DNA from: Amphiscolops sp. MND2022
Taxonomy: Eukaryota
Assembly (NCBI GenBank): GCA_964187785.1
Contig: OZ076409.1
Span: 71,550,001 to 71,614,000, forward strand
DNA: 64,000 nucleotides
Direction of reading: 5' to 3'
The first letter of the stretch is position 1. Each line of letters starts with the position of its first letter. A model generated the notes under the pieces. It saw only the letters and a list, made by a program, of their open reading frames with translations. It did not search any database and was not told the DNA's origin. Below are positions 52,836 to 62,257 of this stretch, piece by piece. A program made the position numbers and the translations under genes.

Positions 52836-53414
52836 ATGGCTGATAAGTAAGTTTGTTTCTGTTTTGAGTAATTCACATTTCCTTCCAGTGATCGAGTTCA
52901 TCTATGAATTTGGTTTAGCACAATTATAATCGGTGACAGTCATGTCGTGCGGATGAGGCACGCTGTCAATTCTCCGGAAAATACATTCGTGGAGAGACGA
53001 CCAGATGTTTATTTCAAAGGAATTTCTGGCCTAAAGGCCCAAGATCTCTGGTGGTTCGAAGCCCATGTTGCGGATTTTCATACGGTCGTCATCTGTGTTG
53101 GTGGCAACGATGTATCTCCTCATCCAACGAACCCTTTACACACACCAATTACTCCAGCAGAAACAGCTGCAGCAATAACGGCGTTTGCTCTCAATTTGAA
53201 CAATCCCAGAGTCTTTGTTTGCAGTACCATCCAGCGCATAACAGCGATTCAAGAAATAAAACAAGTCAATAGCATATTATTAAGAACATTCAATCATCGT
53301 TTCATTGGATTGGGAGAGTTAATCAAGAATAACAAAGTGGACAAAGTTGATAACGTGCATTATAACCACATGACGTATCGAAGAGTGTATCAGAAAATTG
53401 TTTCACGGTTGTAA
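52836..53414 (+). CDS. SGNH/GDSL-family hydrolase (esterase), ~168 aa; predicted join(52836..52846,52919..53414)
   Basis: Block I IIIGDSH (just upstream of and in frame with ORF 52947-53414), block II GISG, block III VGGND, block V DNVH. ATGGCTGATAA|GTAAGT...TTTAG|C gives an in-frame 72-nt GT-AG intron (MADNTIIIGDSHV...). Confidence 0.8.
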
Positions 53415-54676
53415 TATTGGAAATTGTTGATAATCTGTTATAATGTGAATTCATAAAGTTCCCTGCGCTACGATTGTCGTAGTTAGCTTTAGTCGTTTCA
53501 ATTGTTTTAAATTAGCTTTTTTTCTCACTTTTTTCAAGTATTCCTAATATTGAGTTATGTGTACATGGGAGAAACTTTTGCATGAGGCTATAGTGTACTA
53601 ACCAAATTGTATTTGTGGGGCCTACAATTTGGGTAGTTTCCTTTCCTTGCAATTACATTGTACTTGAGTTGTACAATGCATTGCAGGATTTGGTAACAGA
53701 TGAATTGATTTAGGTATTATCTGGACACGTATGACGTGCTCCTTCTCATAAGTTAAGTGTTTTTCTCATTCAAAAGTCTCATTTCAGCTCTCATTAAATG
53801 TACTTATAAAATGTACTAGGTGTTTTCCTCGAGGAGTACGTTTGACGTGCACCTCTCTAGGTTTTTTACACTAAATTGAAATATCTTTTCCAGCCATTTT
53901 TCAAATCATCCAAATCAACATCAATTTTTATCAATATCAATTTTGCAATATTATACAGTTCGTAGTTCTATGAAAAGCAAAATAGACGTTTTTCAATTGT
54001 TTACATTCGGGCTTGCGTTACGCTTCGAGAATGCACCATGAACTCTTCAAGCACGGAACATTTTTCGTCGGTTTTTAAGTTGGAAGTGCATTTTGCTGCA
54101 ATGTTCGATCAAAAGTATCTTGAATAACGCAAATAATTTTTCGCATTTAATTAACGTCTCATTGTGAAACTTTCTCCTGGTCCATTTTGTCATCATGCTT
54201 GATCTTTTTTCATTCCAAGTTGTTTGGCCAGTATGTTTGATATTTTTGATTCCAAATTCTGGAGCACTGTTCTCGTTATGTTTGCATAATTTTTTTCGAA
54301 TCACCTACTTTAACAATGTCGATGAACTATGGCCGTTTGAGGTTATACTTTTTATCTACTGACAGGGGACGGTTCTTTTTCCAGATTTTTTTGTCATCGA
54401 AAATGCCAGCCAGTAGTGGGGGAGGACGTAAGGTAATCATGTTTTTTTTTAATACGATCAACGTTGTTGTGAACAAAACTAATGTTCGCTTATCTTTAGA
54501 GGAAAAAGACAGAACAACTTCGTTGTTCCTATTGTGGAAGATTTCCTCCAACAGATGCTATATTTTGTGAGAATTGCGCAACACGACAACTGGCGAGCTG
54601 CGAAAAGGTAACCCATTGAGAATCCGAATTTTTTAAAATCCACCTGAGGCATTGGATAAACACATTCTGTTTTCAG

Positions 54677-57600
54677 ATGCAGCTTCATTTGCGAAATACG
54701 TTGACCCCAAATTCCCTAAAAAGTTTGATTTTCGCCAAGTTTATTTTGATTTTGATTATGAAAAAGTTCCGATTCAAAAATCTGTTTTTCTTAGGTTTCG
54801 TGCGAACTGCTGATGGGTCGCTGCCTCTAGTCACTATGAATCTCCAGCAAAGACAGCGTATAACAACTATACTTGGTTTGAAGAAAACATCGATTCTTTT
54901 TCCAGAAATTCACACAGAAATCTTTTTATCTGATGTAATGGAATTAGTTGTCAAGTCATCGGAATCCCAAGAGGAATCGTTCGTCGAATCACTGTCCTAC
55001 TCAATGACCGGAACAATCAATAATGGCCCTCGGTTCAAAGAATTTTGTTCTTTGCTTATAGAAACAAACAACACTTGTTTCGATGATGAATGTCAATGCT
55101 TATTTCTGCAAAGTCTCGGTTTGGGCAATTTATCAAGTTCACTATCTCTAGAATTGAGGAAATTACTCAACTTTGTTGTTTTTTGGAACATTAGTTGCTG
55201 TTTATACTGCAAAAACACAGATTCGTGGTTGCAAGTTGGGCCTAATAAGGTCCAAAGTTTTTTTTTGAAACTTGAAGGACATTTTTGGTCAGCTGTTGTT
55301 TCCATGGGTTCACAAGTTCCTGATGATGCATTGAATAATTCGACAGCGTTATCAAATTTACAATTTGAAGATGAGAGCCGTCATGACAATAAAACCTCAT
55401 CAGAGAAGGAAGGCGTAAATGGTGCGTCTCCGTTGCATTCAGAAAATGAAAATTGTTCACACCTTCCATCTTCTGAAACTCCGGATGGTGAACTTGTTGA
55501 AGATGCAATCAGGTTCGTACAAGTTGACGTCCCATTTGAAACGAATTGTTATAAGCTTTCCAGTGTACCTCCACTTGACCCTCATGTAGCCAACTGTTGC
55601 CAGAAATGTCTACGCTGGGCAACCTCCGAGAAACCATTTCAGCTACAACAACGGAATGTATCAGAATTAATCTGTCGTAATTTAGGAGCTCGTCTCCCTC
55701 AGAGCGCGAACGTTAACTTGTGCAGTCAATGTTGTCACTATTGTGAGAAAGGACATGCTAGATCTCAGTGGAGTGATGCTTGGCCGTCATTCTTCGCCTC
55801 ACTTTTGTTTGACAAAGGCTGCCCGAGGATTGTTCTAGACATAGTTGCAAAACTTTTGCCGGCTTCCTTTTTCGCGTTTTGGCGTGGCCATCCCAGCATG
55901 AATACTATTGATTCTTCGCGATGTCCAATACTCACCGATGTTACCCAGAGGCATGATAGAACAAGGCAGCTTATGCGATGCGATTCCTATTCCGACATTG
56001 AATCTCTTTTGAGAACGGAGGATTTCCCGTATTGTCGATGTCCATTTGGTTGTACAGAGTTCGTCGAAAAAATTAAAACAATACCTTTTCATCATTTCCT
56101 CAACAAGTTCTTCCCTTTTTTAAACAATTGCGGTGCTTCATGGCAAAAAACGTTGAAAGGAGCTAGGACAGATTTTTTGCAGAAGTTTGTTTATTTGGAA
56201 CAATTCGAAATTTCACCTGCTTTCATGATCACTGATTCAGGTGGTTTGGGACTCGTTACTTGTAGTGATGATTCACACGCCAAGGGTTCCAAACTGCAAT
56301 TTGTTCATGTCCCAGTTAATCCTGTTTCTGGACACGTTCCACCGCGGCACTGCAATAGATTGGCGGCTGCTGTACCGACAATAAAAAATTTCACCAATGA
56401 AAAACTGAGTTACAACTGCCATCAGTTCCGTTTGATTGAATTGAGTGGAAATTTCAATGGCTTGAGTACTGTCAGATTGACAAAGAAACGAAGATGGGAT
56501 GTCACCAATCAGCGACTTGCTGAATCAGAAGCCCAAATTCTAGGCCAACGGTCTGATCTGGTTTCTAATGTTAGTAAATTGGTGATGGCAGGTGAACTTG
56601 TTCCTCCTGTAGCCCAGTCGCTTCTCAAATTGAGTGCTTCCACTACACAGGACTTGTCAAAGCTACCCGATAGCACTGTCATTATTAACGCAGATTCTGT
56701 TCACTATCACCCGACGTCCCGTTCACTCAACTCTTGTCCAGTTAAGCAACTTGTTGCACATCCTGTTGACGCTCATGGTGCTACCCCTTTTCCAATAAAT
56801 CACTTGCATCCCGGTAAACTTTTAAACTGGGCTGTGAGTGTCGTTTGCAATTGTAATTTCAAAATGCGAACAAAATTGAAAGAGAATGCAGATCCAGCCT
56901 TGGTGCAAGTGTTTAAAAGTTCTCTAACATGCTGCGTTAATAAAAATAAGACTGATTCACTGGGACCTCAAACTGGACCGAGAGAAATTGCACATTATCT
57001 GGTGCAAAATTTTTACAACGTTGTGCATTCAGAAGCCAGCTCGTTTGACGAACTTGGTTTGCAAAACAAAAAGGCTGATGTCACGTCAACTGACATCTTG
57101 ATCTTTTCTCGCAATTCCACTCATCGTAATCAGAATCAAATCTCAGTGCCTTTCATTCTGGAAGACAATGATGACACATTCGAATTGGTATTGATCATGT
57201 CAATTACACGTGATCACAAAAGCTTAGCTCTTTCGCGATATGGAGGTTGTTTCAATTTGTTCTGGGAATTTCATAGTGATCTGGATTTTCCGTTCAAAAA
57301 TTTATTGGAACCTTGTGATGCGATTTCGTCGGGTTTTGACGGTAGGTGGTCTCTCGTGGTCTACAATCGAATTCCGAAGATCAGCGTGACGGAATATTTT
57401 CTAGACAATTGCCTTGGACAAAATAAACTGTTTTGTTCAGTGCACAAATTGCCTTTGATAGTTAGAAACATTAAAGGCGGAATTAGTTGTAATTCTTGCA
57501 CTTTGAAAGCCTGTTTGAGTTGCCCTGTCGGAACATGTTCTGCTGCGGTTTGTCGCAAGCATCTCAAGTTCTTTCGTGATGGACACGACGAGAAACACTA

Positions 57601-60600
57601 TATTCATCCTATCACAACTGAAGTTGATTTTGACGTAATTACCAAAACAAGTGACGCGGTCGATCCACTTGGTTCCTTTGGAGACGACAAAACTGATTTT
57701 CACGCTATTGCAAACACCGGTGTTACCATGGTTGATTCAAGTGACGATGAATCACCACAACTAGAAAGTAACAGTGGAGTTGTTCCACAGTTCGCTGAGG
57801 TATCCGACGACGTGAACGGTGCGACGCCGTGTCATTGGTTACTGAACGGAGTTTGTGGTTTGTTACAACGTGGGACAAAAATAACCCTATCTAAGGTTCA
57901 TCAACGCTTCATGGAAAACTTGACTGCTACAACGCCTGGTAACACGGTACCACTGAACGACATCGAAGCTTTACTTTATCCATCGATCTTTTATCATCAG
58001 CTTCAAGATGGCAGTTATCCTGGCTGTCTACCAGCGGCTTTAATGTCTGGAGGAGCTGTTAACAAACAGCTGGGTTTCCATACTATGGCGGATCACATGA
58101 CTCTGAGGATGAAAGATGCGTCATTGTTAACCAGTGGTAGTCAAGACTATTTGCAATTTGCATTCGATGCATGCTTCAATTTAGCACTCGAAACAACGGA
58201 TAACAGGTTTGTTTTGGAACGCGGTCTTCAAGAAGCTGATCTAAAAACACAAGAAAATTATATTAGACGTCATGCCAAACTGAACTTCGACGCTCAAGAT
58301 TCCCGTGCACACGTTTTACAGCTCGCTGCCGCGTTGAGAAAGAAACAAGCTACATATTTTTTCACATACACCTGCAACCAAAGTCAACATCCTGGCGTGT
58401 CTTCTTTATTCAATGCAATTGAAAAGAAGTACCCTGGTCAAATCACGGAGAAAGCTATCAAAGCTGATGCAGTGAATGCTGAAATGGTCATGCTGCTGCG
58501 GATCTGGCAAAGAGCTTCTAGCCTAGTGATGACTTACATTGAGAAGTCTAGTGAGCAACCTTTGGGCCCTGTACAAGAACTGTGGTATAGATATGAGTTT
58601 CAGGACAAAGCTGGCGCACTTCCACACATCCATGCTGTGATTTGGACGCACGAAGATCCATTTTCGTGCGAAGTTCGAGAGAGGATTGTATGTGAAACAC
58701 CGCGCTTTCGAGGAGAACTGGTGAAAAAATTGGCAGAACTTGGATTAGAAAAATCTCTCAGTGAAATAAACGACTTGTGTGAACTGTTCGGAATTGTCCA
58801 AACTCACAACTGCGAAGCTGCGAAGAGAAGATGTTGCAAGGAAACAGAAAGACATGGTGTCGTCTGTCGTGTTCCGAAATATCCTGCTTCATTAGAATAC
58901 TCTTACAAACCTGTTTACCATCGCTTTTCTGAGGAGTGCGTAGATCTTTTAATGAGTATGGATTTAGCTCATTTCAATGATACGGTATGCCGTGTCATAG
59001 CGAGTGCTGAACTAGCTGGAGGAAAACATCACTATCCTGCTTCTTATCGTGAACATATTTCACCGACTAACCCTCTGATTTTTTCTCTGATTAAATCGAG
59101 CTGTAACGTTCAAATCTGCGATCCATATTTGAGCGCGCGTTACATTGCCAAATACGCAGCGGGTGTTGAAGTGAGAAGTACAGTAACTCTAAAAGCAGGT
59201 AGCCAATCTAATGTGTTGGGAGCAACTGAATCAGATTTGAAAAATGAAAAAATTACTGGCGTCAGGTTTCACTCAAACAATGAAGAAGGAAAAGTAGTGG
59301 GACGAAAAATTAGTTCAACTGAATGTGCCTGGTGGCTTTTAGATTTTCCATACGTGTTTTCAAACATTGAGTTCATACACATTCCGACAACCCCCAAACG
59401 TTTCAGACCAGGATTTTACCACAGGAAGAAAGTGCCAAATCACCAGTTCACCTCATCTGGTTGTAATTTGAACGACTCGCGGACTGATCTGCCTGCTTGG
59501 AGGCAGTTCACCAGCTATCAAATTCGAACATTACAAGAAGAAACTAATTCGATGTTGACTGTCGACAAGGTTACCATTTTTAGTTTGAGACCCCCTGAAC
59601 TCTTGTTTGTCGATAACATGGAAAGCTATTTCTCGTTTTTCAAACAGCTGCCGTTGAAAAAAGCCAATTTGAGAAAGTTTGCCCACAAACAGCTCGACAA
59701 GTCACTCTTGGTCGATGGAATGGGCTATGCTGTTAAAATTCGTTCTAATCAGTTGCTGACTTTTCAAAGTTTCACAGAATCTTCGGACTCAATAATTTTG
59801 ACTTCTGAAATGAAACAATTTGTTTCTGGTTTGAGAGGTAAGCATTTGCGACATGTTTGGCACTCTCCTACAAAGTACGTTGTCACATATTTCAGTGAAG
59901 TCGAACCCCGAAATTTTTCACGTTTTCTCTGTCATATTTTACTTTCACTGGGTCATTTTCAAACAGAAATAGAAGTTTTCAGTGGGAAGTCGATGCTTAA
60001 ATCCTTTGAAATAGTGAAGCTTGTTTCCAATTGCCAAAATGTCAATCGAAATGAAGTATTAACTATTTTGAAAAATTATCTTTTGAGCCAATTGAAGTTC
60101 TGTCCTGGATCAAGCAAGGTTCTAGACAAAAGTTTGTTGGATGCCGACTTTATTCTGAGTGGCTTGCTATTGAAAAAAGAAATGAGTTTCAATGAAGTGC
60201 CTATTGTTTACGACAGTCACTTGCAATCAGTTATCTCAGATGAATGCGCCAAGCTCTGGAATGACCTTAAAGAGAACCAACTTCGTTCGATTCTGGAGTA
60301 TTGTTCGGACTTACCACCGCCAGAAGTTGTTGTTAGAGCTACTTTGTCAAACCAGGTTCCATGGAAACCCCTTCTGAATAAATTGGAAAAACAGAGCACC
60401 GAAAGTTTCTTAGAACAGACAATGGTGCTAGGTTCAGTTCTTGAGGCAGTGGACAACCTTGTTTCGGGACAATATCCGTTCGTCAAACACCAAATCCTGA
60501 CAGGTCCTCCTGGTACAGGAAAAACGTTTTTGCTTTGTCAAGCCCTTGCGTATTCCATGTGCAAAGGTTTGTTTCCTGTTGTAACCAGCTTAGCGTCAGA

Positions 60601-62257
60601 GCGGGCTAGTTCATTTGGTGGTGTTCACCTGGATAAGCTTCTTCCATTCCCTATTGACAAAAACATTAATCCCTATGAGCTGGCTTCCAGAGCCATTGAA
60701 AAACTTGTCTGCCGTCCTTCTAGAATCATGTTCTTGAGTAAAATTCACGTGCTCTTCGTGGAGGAACTGTCAATGATCTCTGCAGAAAAATGGCTTGCCG
60801 CGGATTTAGTTTTCCAGTTTCTGTCAGACAAAAAAATACCTTTTGGAGGACGTCTTGTGATAGCTAGCGCTGATTTCAAACAACTTCCTCCTCCCAACGG
60901 CACCATGTTACTCCTTGAACCCTCCATTCTCACCCTTTCTAAATTTCATGTTTTGCGTCAGTTTGTGAGAATGGAACAAGAACAAGGTCAACGACTACTG
61001 CAACTTATGCGCAAGACCCAGTTGACTCCGGAGGAAATCATCGAGGTAACTCGAATTATCCGAGAAAACTGTAATTTTGTGAGGTCTTGGAGCGAAGTCC
61101 CAGTGAATGCAATCAGAGTTGTTGCTACTAGAGAAGCTGAAATCAAGGCAATAAAAGACAAAATTGCTGACCTGCAGTCCAGGCAAATTGACGTTTTCAC
61201 TTGTAAAGCCAAAGATGAGGTAGCTTGTTCTGGCCTGAATGAATGGCAGAACGCGTCTTCAAAAGTGACCAATAAATTGAATAGAATTGTAAACGAACCT
61301 GAAGAACTGACTGTCTTCAAAGGTGCACTTTTGCGTTTTACGGCCAATTTACACGCTAATGATGTGTCCCAGGGCCAGCTGTGTTTGGTGAAAAATCTTC
61401 ATTTTGATGAGAAGACATTGCAAAGCCTTGATGTTATTGTTGTTCCACCAGGAGTTCGAGATCTTGAGTCCTGCAGCGAAGACCTCATTAAACAATGGCC
61501 CGTGCTTTCATTGAAACGTTCGACAGGAATTTCCCAAAAATTTGGCATTCGATATATTCGTCGCATTCAATTTCCTGTTAAATATCACGCAGGTGCTACA
61601 GTACATAAATCAATGGGATCCACTGTGGCTTGCCTGGGAACAACGCTGAGACAAGATATTAGAGACTACAGGCTTTGGTGCCGAGCCCAATTGTACGTCC
61701 TGTTCAGTAGAGTCCGCAAACACAACGATATATACCTCGTTTCATCACAAAACACGATGGAGTCAACTGTATCTGAACTTCTGACGAAACGAACTGAAGA
61801 AGACGAATTTTTAGACGAACTTTTCCGATATATTGAGAATGACACTAACAGTTCCATTGTAATAAACCAGTTTGCTGTTTCCCCGCTTTTTCCTAGTGGG
61901 TTGAGAATTCCCACCACAAATGTTGGATTTGTTTTCATTTTACGAAGTCTCAGACATCCGACTGAAATATATGTAGGGGAATGTGTCAAGTTGGATCGAG
62001 CTTTGAAACAACACAATTCAGGTCAAGGCAATGAACTAACGAACTGCTATAAATACAGACCCTGGGGTATTGCTTTGTATGTGTTCGGGTTTAGTTCCAC
62101 AAGTGAAAGTCAAAACTTTTTAAAAAGGAAGACACTGCAGATGCGAGTTACATCGGAGTTGGAAAGAAAAAAGACCCAACGCATTGTACTGAATTTGGAC
62201 TGTTTACGAGCAGCTGTTTCCGGTAAATGTCTATCACAGAAACTGATTTTCAATTAG
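54677..62257 (+). CDS. Helitron-like RepHel transposase: Cys-rich N-terminus, HUH/Y2 Rep, PIF1-like SF1B helicase, C-terminal GIY-YIG domain (2526-aa ORF; true start and last exon uncertain)
   Basis: Rep motif I YFFTYTCN (58355-58378), motif II RYEFQDKAGALPHIHAVIW (HIH 58625-58633), motif III YIAKY (59141-59155). Helicase GPPGTGKT (60503-60526), FVEELSMIS, ADFKQLPP, RIQFPVKYHAGATVHKSMGSTV, QLYVLFSRV. GIY-YIG-like GFVFILRS...IYVGECVKLDRALKQHNSG...RPW (~61922-62090). Confidence 0.92.
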   Translation: MQLHLRNTLTPNSLKSLIFAKFILILIMKKFRFKNLFFLGFVRTADGSLPLVTMNLQQRQRITTILGLKKTSILFPEIHTEIFLSDVMELVVKSSESQEESFVESLSYSMTGTINNGPRFKEFCSLLIETNNTCFDDECQCLFLQSLGLGNLSSSLSLELRKLLNFVVFWNISCCLYCKNTDSWLQVGPNKVQSFFLKLEGHFWSAVVSMGSQVPDDALNNSTALSNLQFEDESRHDNKTSSEKEGVNGASPLHSENENCSHLPSSETPDGELVEDAIRFVQVDVPFETNCYKLSSVPPLDPHVANCCQKCLRWATSEKPFQLQQRNVSELICRNLGARLPQSANVNLCSQCCHYCEKGHARSQWSDAWPSFFASLLFDKGCPRIVLDIVAKLLPASFFAFWRGHPSMNTIDSSRCPILTDVTQRHDRTRQLMRCDSYSDIESLLRTEDFPYCRCPFGCTEFVEKIKTIPFHHFLNKFFPFLNNCGASWQKTLKGARTDFLQKFVYLEQFEISPAFMITDSGGLGLVTCSDDSHAKGSKLQFVHVPVNPVSGHVPPRHCNRLAAAVPTIKNFTNEKLSYNCHQFRLIELSGNFNGLSTVRLTKKRRWDVTNQRLAESEAQILGQRSDLVSNVSKLVMAGELVPPVAQSLLKLSASTTQDLSKLPDSTVIINADSVHYHPTSRSLNSCPVKQLVAHPVDAHGATPFPINHLHPGKLLNWAVSVVCNCNFKMRTKLKENADPALVQVFKSSLTCCVNKNKTDSLGPQTGPREIAHYLVQNFYNVVHSEASSFDELGLQNKKADVTSTDILIFSRNSTHRNQNQISVPFILEDNDDTFELVLIMSITRDHKSLALSRYGGCFNLFWEFHSDLDFPFKNLLEPCDAISSGFDGRWSLVVYNRIPKISVTEYFLDNCLGQNKLFCSVHKLPLIVRNIKGGISCNSCTLKACLSCPVGTCSAAVCRKHLKFFRDGHDEKHYIHPITTEVDFDVITKTSDAVDPLGSFGDDKTDFHAIANTGVTMVDSSDDESPQLESNSGVVPQFAEVSDDVNGATPCHWLLNGVCGLLQRGTKITLSKVHQRFMENLTATTPGNTVPLNDIEALLYPSIFYHQLQDGSYPGCLPAALMSGGAVNKQLGFHTMADHMTLRMKDASLLTSGSQDYLQFAFDACFNLALETTDNRFVLERGLQEADLKTQENYIRRHAKLNFDAQDSRAHVLQLAAALRKKQATYFFTYTCNQSQHPGVSSLFNAIEKKYPGQITEKAIKADAVNAEMVMLLRIWQRASSLVMTYIEKSSEQPLGPVQELWYRYEFQDKAGALPHIHAVIWTHEDPFSCEVRERIVCETPRFRGELVKKLAELGLEKSLSEINDLCELFGIVQTHNCEAAKRRCCKETERHGVVCRVPKYPASLEYSYKPVYHRFSEECVDLLMSMDLAHFNDTVCRVIASAELAGGKHHYPASYREHISPTNPLIFSLIKSSCNVQICDPYLSARYIAKYAAGVEVRSTVTLKAGSQSNVLGATESDLKNEKITGVRFHSNNEEGKVVGRKISSTECAWWLLDFPYVFSNIEFIHIPTTPKRFRPGFYHRKKVPNHQFTSSGCNLNDSRTDLPAWRQFTSYQIRTLQEETNSMLTVDKVTIFSLRPPELLFVDNMESYFSFFKQLPLKKANLRKFAHKQLDKSLLVDGMGYAVKIRSNQLLTFQSFTESSDSIILTSEMKQFVSGLRGKHLRHVWHSPTKYVVTYFSEVEPRNFSRFLCHILLSLGHFQTEIEVFSGKSMLKSFEIVKLVSNCQNVNRNEVLTILKNYLLSQLKFCPGSSKVLDKSLLDADFILSGLLLKKEMSFNEVPIVYDSHLQSVISDECAKLWNDLKENQLRSILEYCSDLPPPEVVVRATLSNQVPWKPLLNKLEKQSTESFLEQTMVLGSVLEAVDNLVSGQYPFVKHQILTGPPGTGKTFLLCQALAYSMCKGLFPVVTSLASERASSFGGVHLDKLLPFPIDKNINPYELASRAIEKLVCRPSRIMFLSKIHVLFVEELSMISAEKWLAADLVFQFLSDKKIPFGGRLVIASADFKQLPPPNGTMLLLEPSILTLSKFHVLRQFVRMEQEQGQRLLQLMRKTQLTPEEIIEVTRIIRENCNFVRSWSEVPVNAIRVVATREAEIKAIKDKIADLQSRQIDVFTCKAKDEVACSGLNEWQNASSKVTNKLNRIVNEPEELTVFKGALLRFTANLHANDVSQGQLCLVKNLHFDEKTLQSLDVIVVPPGVRDLESCSEDLIKQWPVLSLKRSTGISQKFGIRYIRRIQFPVKYHAGATVHKSMGSTVACLGTTLRQDIRDYRLWCRAQLYVLFSRVRKHNDIYLVSSQNTMESTVSELLTKRTEEDEFLDELFRYIENDTNSSIVINQFAVSPLFPSGLRIPTTNVGFVFILRSLRHPTEIYVGECVKLDRALKQHNSGQGNELTNCYKYRPWGIALYVFGFSSTSESQNFLKRKTLQMRVTSELERKKTQRIVLNLDCLRAAVSGKCLSQKLIFN

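Noticed and set aside
60503..61730. Host PIF1 helicase gene
   Set aside because: Fused in one ORF to an HUH/Y2 Rep domain and embedded in an element sharing termini with the array
55093..62016. Antisense and out-of-frame ORFs within the RepHel gene
   Set aside because: Short shadow ORFs of a long, motif-supported plus-strand CDS
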